NCBI GenBank assembly: GCA_030704615.1 | Contig: CM060732.1 | Coordinates: 44,392,001-44,456,000 of the forward strand | Reading direction: 5' to 3' | Length of the DNA stretch: 64,000 bases | Source: Takakia lepidozioides | Lineage: Eukaryota; Plantae; Bryophyta | In this document: positions 1 to 12,502 of the stretch, piece by piece | Layout: each line of letters begins with the position of its first letter | How positions within the stretch are numbered: the first letter of the stretch is position 1 | Notes under the pieces: generated by a model | What the model was told of the DNA's origin: nothing | What the model saw: the letters and a program-made list of their open reading frames with translations, nothing else | Database searches by the model: none | Program-made: the position numbers and the translations under genes

Positions 1-234
1 CAAAATGCAGACAAGCCCATTTCAACAAAGTCTTAAACCCTCTAAGCACATGCAACACATACATTTGGGAGGGGATGTGGATAAAGCAGAAGTAATATCA
101 AACAACCAAACACAGCCACCAGAGTCACAGGGACAGGACCCGACGTGCCAAGCAACACCTCCAGACTGTTTCTGAATTGCAAGCCCAGAACACTGGAGAG
201 AGATGAGATAGAGAGAAGGAAGATGAGATTTCAC

Positions 235-2123
235 CTGTTATTGTCATGCCGACAGACATAGAGGAACTGGGCATAGTTTGCAAGAAGCAAAGTACTGGTA
301 GGCTCCATGCTGAGAGCATGCTGGTATTCCAAATCCGTCCTATCAAAGCATGCATAATCATCACGTTCCAGGGTTACAGACACGGGAGCCACTAGTCTGC
401 TTATGGTTCCCTGATCAAGTTGTACATAGTGGTAAGGCTCTCCCACTTTCAACTCCAACTCTCTAGCAGTCTCCTCAAGCAATGACTGTAAAGAGAACTG
501 CTCTGACACTCTTTCCACCGTGCAGGGGAGACCCTCTCCCTGGATGCTCGGATTTGAGAAGGACTGACTTCCTAGTTCTACCATGACTTGGTGTCCCTTA
601 GGCCCAATGTCCCCGGTAGATTGCTGCCAAGATGCACTCCCATCCACAAACAAAGTTGCACCTTCATGAGGGCTCACAACCTGATCCGGGCCATAGCTAC
701 CGGGGGAGGATTCCTTCTCAGAGTACAAGGCACCTCTTGGAGAAGGCCCCCACGACCGCCCATCTCCATCTGTACCTCCGGCCACTATCACCGTTTTCCC
801 GTTGCTCCCTCCTGCTCCACATCCGGTTGGAACAGGCCCCAGCAGATCTGGAAAAGAGGGGAACTTCGACAGATTTTTGAATGTGAAGTCGGGCATCTGA
901 GCATCATCCTTCACCATAACTTTTCGAACTCCTTGAGATTGCCAATTCTTGCAGTACGTGGCAATGGAGACAGGAGGCTCCACCGAAACCGCTGCTGCTA
1001 CCGCCAAATTCTCACCCATGGAGTAGACAGTGAAGTTGGCAAGAAGAATCATGACGGAGACCATGAGTTTTGGCGTACAGGAAAACACTTTCTGAAACAG
1101 CCACACGAACGAGGAGTGCATCTCCCATTGCACAAGCGCCAACAAATCCTTAATATCGCTCTCCAAAAAGAGGGCCTGTCGCATGTGCAGGGCATGACTT
1201 TGCACCACTTTAATCATATACACCATAGAAGAGAAAGCCTTCTTGATACAACAGCACGCGGATTCTCCAGCACCTCCCATTAATCCCCCACTGCATTTTC
1301 CTTGAACCCGTCGCTTCAAGGTCCGTAAGGATGCAGGCAGATTCACACCCTCAACTTGGCTTGACAGCCCGCAGATAGCCCTTGCTCTGTTTTGAGAAGA
1401 ACCATCAACTCCTTGCCTTGGGGAAGCCGGCAGCTGCTGAAATATGTTTGAACCCTCAGCGTGCTGCTTAGGCGAAAGATCCGCTCTATCCCCCACACGC
1501 TCAGAAATTTCTCGAGAATCCACAGTTCCGCGAGCGTGATCCTTGGCAACGAGCTTCTCATCCCCAGTGAGGGGAAAAGCGGCGACTTCCATGTCCCCTC
1601 TTGCTCCAAAACCTGTTGGGGGGCTCCACTGAAAGTTTCCCCTGTCCACTATGCCATGGGACCTTCCAAATCCAAACCTTTGACTCTCCTCATTCCTGTC
1701 CACAAGAACCGTTCCCTCGGCCTGCTTCTCCAGACCTTTCCATGACAAGTCGTGCCCGTCCTCTTCAATCCCTCGCGCTTCATCCCCTGAATCTTCTGTG
1801 AAGATTGCTCTGCACATGCTGGCATCCATACTGCGACTCAATGTTCGTCTCAAAGATGAACACTCACCCCATGCGCGCTCACCCACCGTGCTGCCCACAA
1901 GCGCAGACCCCAACGAAAAGGTCCGCCTAAATTTGCTCCCACCACAGGCCTTGCTCGACACCCTTTGACGGCTCTTCCTCGCTGACTGAGAATGGCATGA
2001 CCCTGACATCTCTGTAACTCGGCGTCCAAGTATCGAGCGTCCATCTTCAAATGCAAGATCGAGAGAGAGTGGTGGACGCGACGTTGAATGCACAGAGGAG
2101 AGAGAGAGGAGTTCCACACCCAT
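235..2123 (-). CDS. TPR-like protein (At1g07280/At2g29670-like), long first coding exon; gene continues beyond the left window edge
   Basis: 630-aa ORF with family motifs GVNLPASLRTLKRR, EMHSSFVWLFQKVFSCTPKLMVSVMILLANFTVYS and the TPR start FDRTDLEYQHAL..LLLANYAQFLY; ends at GT donor (AACAG|GTGAAA) at 234. Confidence 0.85.
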
Positions 2124-3349
2124 CTCTCTATGCCAGTATGTTTGTACGCTAGATTCCGGTTAGAGCCCACCGAAAGAGGCTGCCTCTGTAAGACATCTTC
2201 CCGAATTCCAAAGATTTTTTCCCCAGAGTGTCCTCTGCAAGCTTATATGTCGATGTCCCACATTTCAACCTTCACGAGAAACATTGCGGGAACTAGCAGC
2301 CTCGGCAGCACAAAGCATCAGCTTAGACCAGCTATCACTCAATGAGAGTGCATACATCAAACAAAAGATGCCCAGAAATTGATGTCTTCCCCTCTACTAC
2401 ACACTCTCTTCAACCTTCAAGTCTGATCCCGCAACCTTCCAGTAGATCCCGGAAACTGAGAAACGCTCCTGAATGCCAAAGAAACCTGCTTGCAAGCAGC
2501 GATGGAATCTCCAAGAGACAGACCGGATCACAGAGAGACAGCCTGCTGGAATTTTTCCTGCACAGTAACAACTTGTTCCACAGCAGAAGAATCCAATACC
2601 AGCAAAGACACAGAAATGGAAGTCGAGGTCAAGCTAGAAATCTCTAGTACCGAGAGAGTCTGGTGCGAAGACCAGCAGGCAGGACCCCAAAAAGATCAGT
2701 GACGAATACTTCGTCCCCCCCGCGCCTTCTATGCCCCTCTGCCACTACTCACATGACAGGTAACTATCACACCGGTACCCGACCGGTGATTGCCGGTAAC
2801 CGTATTTTAAAAATATCTGTACAAGGACTCTACGCTAGACACGTGTCCGGCTCTACGAAAACGATATCTACAATGTTGAGATAACCGACTGACTCGGGGT
2901 TCACAGCGGGGGTTGGGTTGACCATAGTTATGAGGGGTTGCATGCAGCTTGATACGTGGACAACTGCTAGTAGCCACCCCTTGCCCAGTAGACACCTGTG
3001 CGATAAGACTAATTTTTATTTATTATTTATTATTTATTACTATTATTTTAAATAAAGGTTGTGCCACGTCGATTGAAAATGGTAGGTCGGAGGTAGTGTA
3101 GGAGTTGCAGGTGAGAAATAAGTGAAGGAAATTGTCGGCCTCACCAACAAAATCATCCAACAAACTTTACCTCCATTAAAAGCTGTGGCCGTTCCTCACA
3201 ACCTTCCGTCAATGTTTGTGAATGATGGAGTCGTTGGGTGATTGTGTTGATCCTCTGGATTGTTTGAGGGATCCTTGCGCTCCGTTACGATTCTGTAACA
3301 CCTACCAGGCTAGCATGCCGGCTCTAGGAATTTTCCAATGTTGGGCGGC

Positions 3350-3428
3350 TCTTTTTCTTTGAAATAAAAGGGAAACACCTGGGAGCAACAGCTGAGTCAC
3401 AAATCAGGCCCTTAATTATAGTGAGAGG
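3350..3428 (-). mobile_element. Short non-LTR retroelement 3' tail (copy 1)
   Basis: T-rich run followed by ACCTGGGAGC..AGCT..AATCAGGCCCTTAATTATAGTG.GAGG; homologous to 4011-4087. Confidence 0.5.
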
Positions 3429-3486
3429 AAAAAATAACCTCTTTCACAGTAACCTCGCGTTCGCAGGCTATTTGATTCTTATGAAT

Positions 3487-3538
3487 AATATGTAGAGCAG
3501 TTTCATTCGGGCCTTGTTCATTCTAGAGTGGTCCAGGA
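3487..3538. repeat. Dispersed ~52-bp repeat, inverted copy at 44379-44430
   Basis: AATATGTAGAGCAGTTTCATTCGGGCCTTGTTCATTCTAGAGTGGTCCAGGA aligns with the reverse complement of 44379-44430 with few mismatches. Confidence 0.75.
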
Positions 3539-4010
3539 ATTACTGTGGCCAGGAATTAGAGTGGGGGCTTATGTAGTAAGGCCATGTCTATTAATGAATG
3601 AGATCAAGGGGTCAAAAAAAGAAGCGAGGCAAAAAATAAAGAGAAATTAATAACCTCTGGTTCCTGATAGCATGATGATAATTTATGCCAATATAACATC
3701 TAGTTTTTTCTTTTTTAATAAATGAAAGCGAGTGGTCACCCTTAAACTTTATAGATTGGAGGACATAGTTCTGGTTACTAGCAAAAATCTCAAAGAACAG
3801 GCGGTTTTTATCAAATAACGGGTGTTTTTTAAAGTTTTTTAAAGTGTAAGGTTCATTTTTCTGGATGATTTTTGATAGGTAGTTAGCCTCATTTTATTGA
3901 GCATGGGTAGTAATTTTTATGTGTCAAAAACGAACCATGTAGGAAGTTAAGGGTTAAAGGTATATTAAAGGTGTAGTTGATTCAATTTAAATGTTGGTTC
4001 TTTATTATGA

Positions 4011-4087
4011 TTTTATTTATTTTTCGAAGGAAATACCTGGGAGCGATAGCTCACAACTTAATCAGGCCCCTTAATTATAGTGTGAGG
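4011..4087 (-). mobile_element. Short non-LTR retroelement 3' tail (copy 2)
   Basis: T-rich run then the same motif as 3350-3428. Confidence 0.5.
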
Positions 4088-4140
4088 TTCTTTAATGTTT
4101 GAAAATGTTTGGAGGACCTCTGGATAAGTGGTCAAATACA

Positions 4141-4270
4141 CCTTTTTTTTTCTTTTTTTTTCTTTTTTTTTAAAGAAAAAAAGAAAAAAAGGGGTCTGGC
4201 CCTGGAAGCTTTATTTGGAATTATTGAAGGGAAAAAAATTAAAACCCTTAGAGTGCCACAAGGCTGCCAT
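4141..4270 (-). mobile_element. 5'-truncated LINE 3' end related to the LINE at 12503-18430
   Basis: Poly(T) tract then CCCTGG..CTTTATT..AATTATTG..GGGAAAAAAATTAAAACCC..GCCA.AAGGC, shared with 12545-12610. Confidence 0.65.
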
Positions 4271-6199
4271 GAGGCTGTTCGCACAGAGACTGTGCCGGAT
4301 GACTAAGAACAGTAACTGAGAGCCATTTACCTGGGCTTATCTACGACCACAGAATATCAGAGGCGTTTAGCCTAAAATATAGAGTTATCACCTCTAATGA
4401 AGAGGAGTTACAACAGTTTGAGGGAGAGAGAAAAGTCAAGTCGAGTCGATCGTAGCCTAAACTGAGGCTGGGAGGGAAATAGGGTTGGAGCCCTATGGAG
4501 ATGAGGGAGAACGGAACGGCGTGTAGAGAGGGCGAGGTGGGGCAGTCAGGAGGTAGAGTAGCATGCAGAGAAGAGAATTTAGCGATGCTTTTTTTTTAGA
4601 AAGGGGAACAGGGCCCTTTTAATCAAATTAAATAAAAAATGTCAAAACAGGTGGAAAAAATAACCACCTAGGGAGGCCGTAAAGGCTCACCGAGGGGAAA
4701 CTTCCCCATAACATAAGTGTACCAGCTAAATCAAGAAACAGAAGCAGATGTAGCAGTGTTCTAGAAGGGAGCAAATGTAGCATGGAGTCCTAAGGGAGAT
4801 CTGAGCGAGCAGAACCATGGAGGTGATAGGAAAGGAGTTCTATCACGCAATGAGAAAAGGTTGAAGCGTAGAAAACAAGACATAGAGTAAAGATTGAAGC
4901 TTGACTAGAGATCCAGCAGATGAGAACTAAAAACGCAGTTGGGTTCTGTGAAGCCATGATTCCGGCGCTATGGGTTTGTTCCCCTTACTCTACCGAACTT
5001 AATCCTATCTGGGGAATATAGTCGATAGATGGGCCTGGCAGAGAAGACGGAATCTCACGAAGAGGACGCAACAGAGTCGGACTTCCAAAACGCATTCATC
5101 CACACACTCAAGCACACCGTTACACCAAACGTACACTCACGTAAGACCCAAAAGCCACCACCCTCACTGCCACGGCAATGAGGCTTAAATAGTATTAGGT
5201 CATAATCTAATCCTAGTGCCGTGTGACACTTACATGTAGGTCCACCAGATGCCATTCCAGCATAGCCATAGAAAGAAGCCAGATCACCCAGACCCATCCT
5301 AATCTAATCCTAAACTAGCTGTTAGAATAAGACAGCCCCTAATAAAGTCATCAGCTGTTGTCAGCTCATCCTCATGCGCAAAGTGTAAGTTCATCCAGAC
5401 TTCATCTTGGCTCCATCCATCCCCTAAATCATCCGGAGCGCATCCCTCCTCCATTCATCCATGTCGAAAGGAAGGTGAGTTCCCAGCTCCACAAATATGA
5501 AGCCTGCTGGAGCCACAAGAAACTGCGAGCTCCCGCGAGTGATGAGCTCAGGAAGAACAAAAATGAAGCCTAGCCAAAACAAACTACACACCCGGCACAC
5601 AAGGGATGAAAAAACCTAGGGAAGAAAACCTCACCCTGCAAGCTGGATGGAGGACAAAACATCCCAAAGGAAAAACCCCAAGTGCTACAATTGGTGCAAA
5701 AAACTAGCACGAAATTCAAAAACTGCTAAAGAAGAAGATGTCATGGTTTGGGTGCGAGCTGTCTGAGCTGTGGGTGTGAAGATCACTTGACAGTTCTCAA
5801 CATTCAAACAGGTTAGATCAAAAGTAAGAGTGCATGGAACAAGCAGTGAAAGCTAGCTAAGTGAGGAGTAGATGCATGTTGGGGGAGCAAGACATACTGC
5901 CTGCCATGAAGAATATCAGAGATAAGGTAAGGGCCATCAATTCTTCGTTTGGCCTTAGAAATCTGTTTAGCAGGCTGGAGCCTGACATGAACAGAATGGC
6001 CTATGTTTTAACACGGCGGTTGTAATTTTTGGCCTGAGCAGCTTGGGCAAACACAATATTACATTTTGTAGTTTCACGCAAACTACATCGTTTATCATCC
6101 ATGGAAAGCAAAAAGACTTCCCAATTCTCAGGCTCAATAGCGGATACCCGTGGGGGGTGATGCAAATCAATCTTGCGTTGATGCCACCTTGATTTGAGA

Positions 6200-7774
6200 A
6201 ATGAAAGTTGTTGTTGTAGGAGATATGCAAAAGAGTTCTACATTTTTTACCATACAAAAGTTCAAAAGGTGAGATTTTGGTACTGGCATGGATAGAAGTC
6301 CTGTAGGCAAAGAGCAGAATAGGCACAGCAATATCCCATTCATCAATGTGTGTTCCATTCTTCTCGAGCATCTGGCATATAGTTTTGTTAAATCGTTGTG
6401 TCAAATCATTGCATTGGGAATTGTAGGGAGCAGTAACGACATGCTTAGTGTTGAGATTAAACAAGACAATCTCAATAAGTTGGTTGCAGAACTCTGTACC
6501 TTGATCCGTAAGGATTTCAAGATGTCAACCATGATGAAGCATCACCTTATCAGAGAAGAACTGCATCACCTCATCACTATCCTTAGCAACCAGAGGTTGG
6601 AGCTCAACCCATTTCGTCAGGTAGTCCGTAGCAACCGCAAGGTATGCATGGCCCTTGGACGTGGATTTAAGGGGTCCGACTATATCTAAACCAACCCTAG
6701 CAAATGGTTTAGTCACCGGGATCGGCTGTAAAGGTAAGGGAGCTTCGGTTCTAGGTAGGATGGTTTTAGCATGACAGGGCACACACCTTGCAATGAAAGC
6801 TGAGACATCTTTAACTAAGCCTTTCCAGTGATACGGCTCATGTAATCTCTTGACAGTTTTAGCAACCCCCAAATGGCCAGCATAAGTAGAAGCATGGTAT
6901 AATTCGAGCAAAGCAGGGACAGCGGACCTAGAAGGGACTTCCACAGCAGAGATACATTCCAAAGCAGTGACTCTGAACAATCTTCCTTCACTTTCCCGGT
7001 GGCTGGGTAAGTGATCTATAGTTGACTTGCCTCATGAGCAGCTTGGATATGCCACTAAGGTGGGTGCCGGTTTTGCACCTATGGAGAAGAGCATCGTATA
7101 ATGGATCATCCATGCCTACATCAATCATGGCCACACAACAGCAGGTTAGTACATGCGAGAAGAAAGTGACATCACCCGTTCTCTTCGTTTCGTAATCCTG
7201 ACTTCATTTTCAGTTGGCTGCCTATGAGGAGGCAAGCAGGCTGTAAGGCGCAGCTCAGTCCCTCGGTCGGGAAACAAACCAAGGCAGGCGCAAGACAAGA
7301 TGAGCAGTTCTAAGGTAAGGGAAAGGACCAGACTCTTCTGCAGGATACCAGACTAGAATTCATGCCAATACCAAGGGAAAGTCAACCAACATCAAACTGA
7401 AGTAGATCCCAAGTATCAATCAGATCAGGAGGAACATAAGGATAGTCCAGCAAATGACACAAGGCATAGGGATTCGAAACAGGCACAGCAGGTGATGTAG
7501 AGCGTGCAGCATGGGAGACCAGGTCATTTAAGGTAGTGTAAGGGTCAGGGATTTTGGATTCGCCTCGAGTCAAAACATGTGCATTAACATTATCCTTCCC
7601 ACGCTTGTAGGAGATGGTGAAGTCATAGCCTTGCAGAATTAGAGCCCACCGAGCTAATCTGCCAGTGAGTTCACGAGGAGTTAGCAAGGCTTTCAAAGGT
7701 AGATGATCAGTTTCAATGGCAAATTGACAACCATGTAAATACTGTCTAAAATATTTGACTCCAAAGATAACACC
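6200..7774 (-). mobile_element. Ty3/gypsy pol fragment (RNase H C-term + integrase), degenerate
   Basis: RNase H ETDHLPLKALL..TGRLARWALILQGYDF; integrase HHCC (H..YAGHLG..CVPC), core RVGLDIVGPL..DYLTKW, and FAYRTSIHASTKISPFELLYG; frameshifts; RH-INT order. Confidence 0.9.
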
Positions 7775-8153
7775 TTCAGGTGGTATTGGAGCGCTTGAGA
7801 GCGCACGGATTGAAGTTGCATCCGAGGAAGTGCAAGTTTTTCCACAACCAGATTGAGTATCTGGGTCACATGATATATCATGGAGGATTGGGGGTACATC
7901 AGACTAAGATAGAGGCCATTGCACAAATTTCACGCCCCATGGATGTGAGCCGAGTTCGAGCTTTCATGGGGTTGACAAACTATTATAGACGGTTTGTCAA
8001 GGGATTTAGTGCCATTGCAAAGGCTCTAACCAAGCTGACTAAGGTGAACCAGGAGTGGCAGTGAGAAGATGAGCAGGAATGAGTTTTTCAAGAGCTCAAG
8101 GCGAGGTTGACTTCGACGTCTATCCTAAGACGACCTATCAGGGGGCGTCTCTT

Positions 8154-8998
8154 CACTACAACAGATCGCGGTATTTATGACTGTATATATGACTATTCTG
8201 CAGTCATAAACGGTACATATGACTTCTATGACTGTAAGTCGTGCAAACCAAGTCAATACAATGAGTACAGGATGGTACGGTCCGGATAACTACAGTCATA
8301 TGAACCAAGTGATATCTCTCACTGCAGTCATATATACCATACTGCAGCCGTTGCTTCCGCGCCACGTGGCGAGGCGCAATTGATTAAAATTAGATTAAAT
8401 TAAAAAAACTGAAAAAATAAAACCATATGTCAAACGCCGCGTCGTACCGCATTGTGCCACGTGGCATAATGCATTTTATAATAATGAAAAAACCACGTGG
8501 CAGTCCATCTAGGGTACCACGTGCTATCCCTAGCTTGCCTACTAACCCTAGAGCCATCTTATCCATTTGATTGTACTTAGAGGAGTTTGAACCTGCAACC
8601 TCTTTACTATAAGAGTTATAGTTCACTACTTGTTAACCAATACACCCATTAGTCATTCATACGATCATATGGTGTTTTAATTGTATTATACACACCAAAT
8701 TACAAAAATCCCAGTAATCATCATGACTATGTAACCTCATCCATGTACACTATAGTCATGGAAATTACTATGAATGGTGAGCTAAATCTGGTCAATTGCC
8801 GTTGACTAGCCTTCCGCCCATTCCAGAGCCATGTAGTCATACAGACGACTATTTAGATAGTCGTTCATATGACTACAGTCGTATGAACGACTGCGGGAGG
8901 TCAATTTCATATAAAAACATGGTGCAGTCATGGTCAAAGTCATGAAAACCATGACTACCACGGTTTGGCAGTCATAACTACCGCGATCTGTTGTAGTG
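8154..8998. mobile_element. Non-autonomous CACTA (En/Spm) element, 845 bp
   Basis: Perfect 20-bp TIR CACTACAACAGATCGCGGTA / TACCGCGATCTGTTGTAGTG, 3-bp TSD CTT (8151-8153, 8999-9001), subterminal TATGACT/AGTCATA repeats; removal restores the gypsy frame RLFQLHTDWS. Confidence 0.97.
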
Positions 8999-10544
8999 CT
9001 TTCAGCTGCATACGGATTGGAGCATGCTGGGGCTTGGAGCGGTGCTCACATATGTGGATGATGAGGGAAGAGAGTTCGTAGTGGCATATGCTAGCCGCTC
9101 GAACAACGCTGCAGAGGCTAAATACAGTTCATATGAAGGAGAGTGTTTAGCTGCAGTGTGGGCCGTGGCACACTTCAGGTACTATCTATACGACAATCTC
9201 TTTACCCTTGTCACGGATCACTAGCCACTCAAGTGGTTGATGGAGTCAAACAAGCTTACGGGGAAGCTTACACGGTGGGCACTCATACTCCAGAAGTATG
9301 ACTTTCAGGTTGTGCATCGACCGGGTTTGGTCAATCGGGATGCGGATGGATTGAGTCGCAATCCATGCACGAGCCAACAAGATGACACTGGAGCTCGGTG
9401 GCATGGTGAGACGGACGAGGAGATGGTGCTGGGATGGCACGCATCTGCATTTTTATGTATCTTGGCATCGGGAGGTCAGGTTGGACCTACAACAGGGATG
9501 ACTATAGACGGAGTGTCTGAGGACCCTGAGGCTAGTGATGAGCCAGGTGGTACCAGAGATATACATGAGGATTCGGTTGTGTTGGATTACCTCCGCACGG
9601 GAGACACGGTAGCCACTGTGACTGCCAGGGAGAGGGATCGGATCCTGCAACGAGCCAAGAGGTTCAAGTGGGAAGGGATACACCTGCTTCGAGTGTGGGA
9701 GGATGGTCGGGTGAGGATCGTGCCTCACCCAACACAACGTGCACGGTTAGTGCGGCATGCCCATGAGGAGTTGGGGCATTTTGGAGTGCGACGCACTCAC
9801 AGTTTACTGCAGGGGCAGTATTGGTGGCGTGGTATGCATACAGAGGTGCGGCTAGGTGCATGGTATGTGACAGGGTGCGTGCTTCATTCAACGCCCCTAC
9901 ACCACATGAGTTGCATCATTTACCAATCATGGGATTGGGCTACAGGTGGAGTCTTGACTTCGCAGGACCGTTGCCACTGACTATACGCCACCACAGATAT
10001 GTGTTGGTGATGGTGGAGCACTTCTCCAAGTGGATTGAGTTGGTTCCATTGCCTGACAAGGCTAGTGAGGGGGCTGCGTATGCATTCTTGGATCGTGTGC
10101 TTAGCCGATTCGGTGCTCCAGCTGAGGTGCTCATGGACCAAGGGAGAGAGTTCTTGGGGGAGTTTCAGGCTTTGTGTGATAAAGCCTTGATAGACCACCG
10201 CACCACTTCTCGGGATCATCCTGAGGCCGATGGCTTGGCAGAGGTTTGCGCAAGTATGGCTTGCAGAAGGGACACCTAGGATGGAACGCGATGATAGCAT
10301 GAATGCAGGGACGTGGGATGGAGGCGTTGAGCAAATGATGTGGGAAGGAGAAGAGGAGGAGGAGATGAGACGAGGAGAAGCTTGCCGTTCTTGGGAGAGT
10401 CAGCTTGGTCGTAGCAGGCCGTGTTTCAATCTCTGCTTACTCAACTACACCGTGGTGGTTCGATCTCACAGACCAATCCGACATTACCTGACTACAGACA
10501 AAGCAGTACACACAAAAGGTTTTTTTGGGTTGATGGTCGGTCAA

Positions 10545-10716
10545 ATCATGACACAAGCTCAAGGACAATGTGGTGAGGGCACCTTCTTCTTTGACCTATT
10601 TCAGCATGTTTTGCCCTCTCACATCATGTTTGTGTGCATTGCAATGCTTGTGCAAGCCTGGCAGCCCTTGAGAAGGGCAAAGAGGTGCATGGGGATATCA
10701 TCAAAGCTGGAATATT
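10545..10716 (+). pseudogene. PLS-type PPR gene fragment (degenerate P + L motif) inside an insert in the gypsy integrase
   Basis: QCGEGTFFFD..LPSHIMFVCI, then a frameshift to [24 protein letters not shown], nearly identical to L motifs of the PPR genes at 57-62 kb. Confidence 0.8.
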
Positions 10717-11029
10717 GACCTCTTTCTCCTTTTCCAGAGCTGTCAGGGCAGTATTTATAATGACATTAGTCTTCAGGTGCATTGGTTAGCCATGGACTAC
10801 AGGTTCAGCAAACAAGCATCACTTGCCTCCTTCTCACCATATTTCCTTCTCTTTGGCCGAGAGCCGGATTTGTCTGCAGCCATTCGTAGGGACATTGCTC
10901 AAGTCCTTAACCTTGACGATCCGGATGTGTGGGTATGTGCATGTGATCAGCGTGCAGAGTTGTTCAAGAAAGTCATGCCCATGGCTTTTGAGAACCTTGC
11001 CATTGCACAGCACCGTGATACAATTGACT

Positions 11030-12495
11030 CCTATGAGCTTGGCCTCCCATGTCTTGTTAGCTGCCTCTAGTCATGTCCACTGCCACTATCCCAAGCAGTG
11101 TGGACATAACCAATCTCCATCAGGAACCCTCTCAAGAGGTGGTGTCAAGCATCCCTCTCGAACCCTCAGAATAACACGCCCTGCAGTGACATCCAGGGTC
11201 GTAGGAGCAGTCTGCTGCAAATAAACCGCCGAACCCCATGACGATATCCTCCACCACGTATAAGTGGCATACCTTAAAGAGGAGGGGGTAGGGGTTGGGA
11301 CCCCCAGTTAGAGTAGAAATACAGCACCGCTCGCCATACTCTGGTTGGAAGAAAGCATTCCACGAGACAGTGCTCGATGGATTCAGGCTGGGCCAAACAC
11401 TAATTGAAAATAGTATTGTTAAGCTGAGTCTTAACATGGACTGGCAAAATTCTGTGAGCTATCTTCCATAAGAAACCTTGGATTTTGGCTGGTTTTTTTT
11501 TTTTTCCAAATATCCTTCCACACTAAGTCCCAAACAGGTTGCGTGAGGCTGAGATGCCCCCATTTTTCATTCCATCTGGCCAAGAAAGATGTAGCAGGTT
11601 TCATAAGAGTGTAACCCAATTTGACTGAGTAGGCAAAGAAGAGGGATTTCTTTTCATCTTTCCAGCTCCATTCACCCGGGTCAAACTGCAAGGCATCCAG
11701 AGGGTAAGATAAAAACCAAATCAAAGAACAGTGGTATACCCATTGCATCTCCAACCCTGTTGGCGGTGTTGGGTTGGCATTCCCTTTGTCATCTAGCACC
11801 CTGATGGGAAACAGAAATTGCCTATGTATGTCCATAGAACCCCTAAGCTACAGGTTGGCACCCTCATAATCTGCATGAAAACCAATGCCTGAAGCCATGC
11901 TTCCCTCCACGGATAGAACCAAGAGGTCCGTGTTTCCACCATTGGTTGTGGAGGCCGTCCAGGCAGGCAAAGTCCAGAGGTCTCTGTCTTTGAGCAAGGG
12001 AAGCATGTAATCTGGCATAGCTGCAATCAATGAAGGCCAGGACCTGACACGTCTAGGGCCTACAAAACGAGAGACCTCCGTAGCAGGCATATCATCATTC
12101 TCCCAAGTACTGCCTAAATGTGTGAAGCCAGATTGTTCCCAGAACGCCCACTTAGGTGTTTGCTGAAACAACATGATAGAGTTCATATTGCTGTTCCCAA
12201 AAAAAGGTTGACGGCATGCCTCTGCAAAATTCAGGGGAGGTATTTGAGTGAGAGAGCACCTGACGGACTGCCAAGCCGCCCATATTGACTGCCAGGGGCG
12301 GGATCCCAGGTGTACATTTGCATTTCTGCCTTGCACCCATCAGGTACGGCTGTATCTATTTGCTCCAGGGGCTGTGGCGATCAGCTATAGCTCCCGGGAT
12401 CCATTTGGCCTTAATTTGGCCTTAATTTGTGTTGTTGGGTCTAAAAACCTATTTCTATCCCAAAACTTGAATTTGCCATCCTTCTCTGCCAGATC
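11030..12495 (-). mobile_element. L1-like LINE ORF2 C-terminal fragment (post-RT region and zf-RVT)
   Basis: FLDPTTQIKA..KWIP; FDPGEWSW..FFAYSVKLGY; WDLVWKDIW..PAKIQGFLWKIAHRIL..ESIEHCL, colinear with the adjacent LINE; frameshifts. Confidence 0.8.
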
Positions 12496-12502
12496 AGAAA
12501 AG

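Larger units (their letters stand above)
7771..11022 (+). mobile_element. Ty3/gypsy pol fragment (RT C-term, RNase H, integrase), degenerate and twice interrupted
   Basis: HLQVVLERLRAHGLKLHPRKCKF..YLGH; FQLHTDWS (restored across the CACTA insert); VAYASRSNNAAE..YEGECLA; HEELGHFG..CMVC; SLDFAGPL..EHFSKW; FSPYFLLFG; several premature TGA/TAG. Confidence 0.92.

Noticed and set aside
4400-5990. LTR of the minus-strand gypsy element
   Set aside because: LTR-like composition, but no second copy, PBS, PPT or TG..CA pair could be fixed
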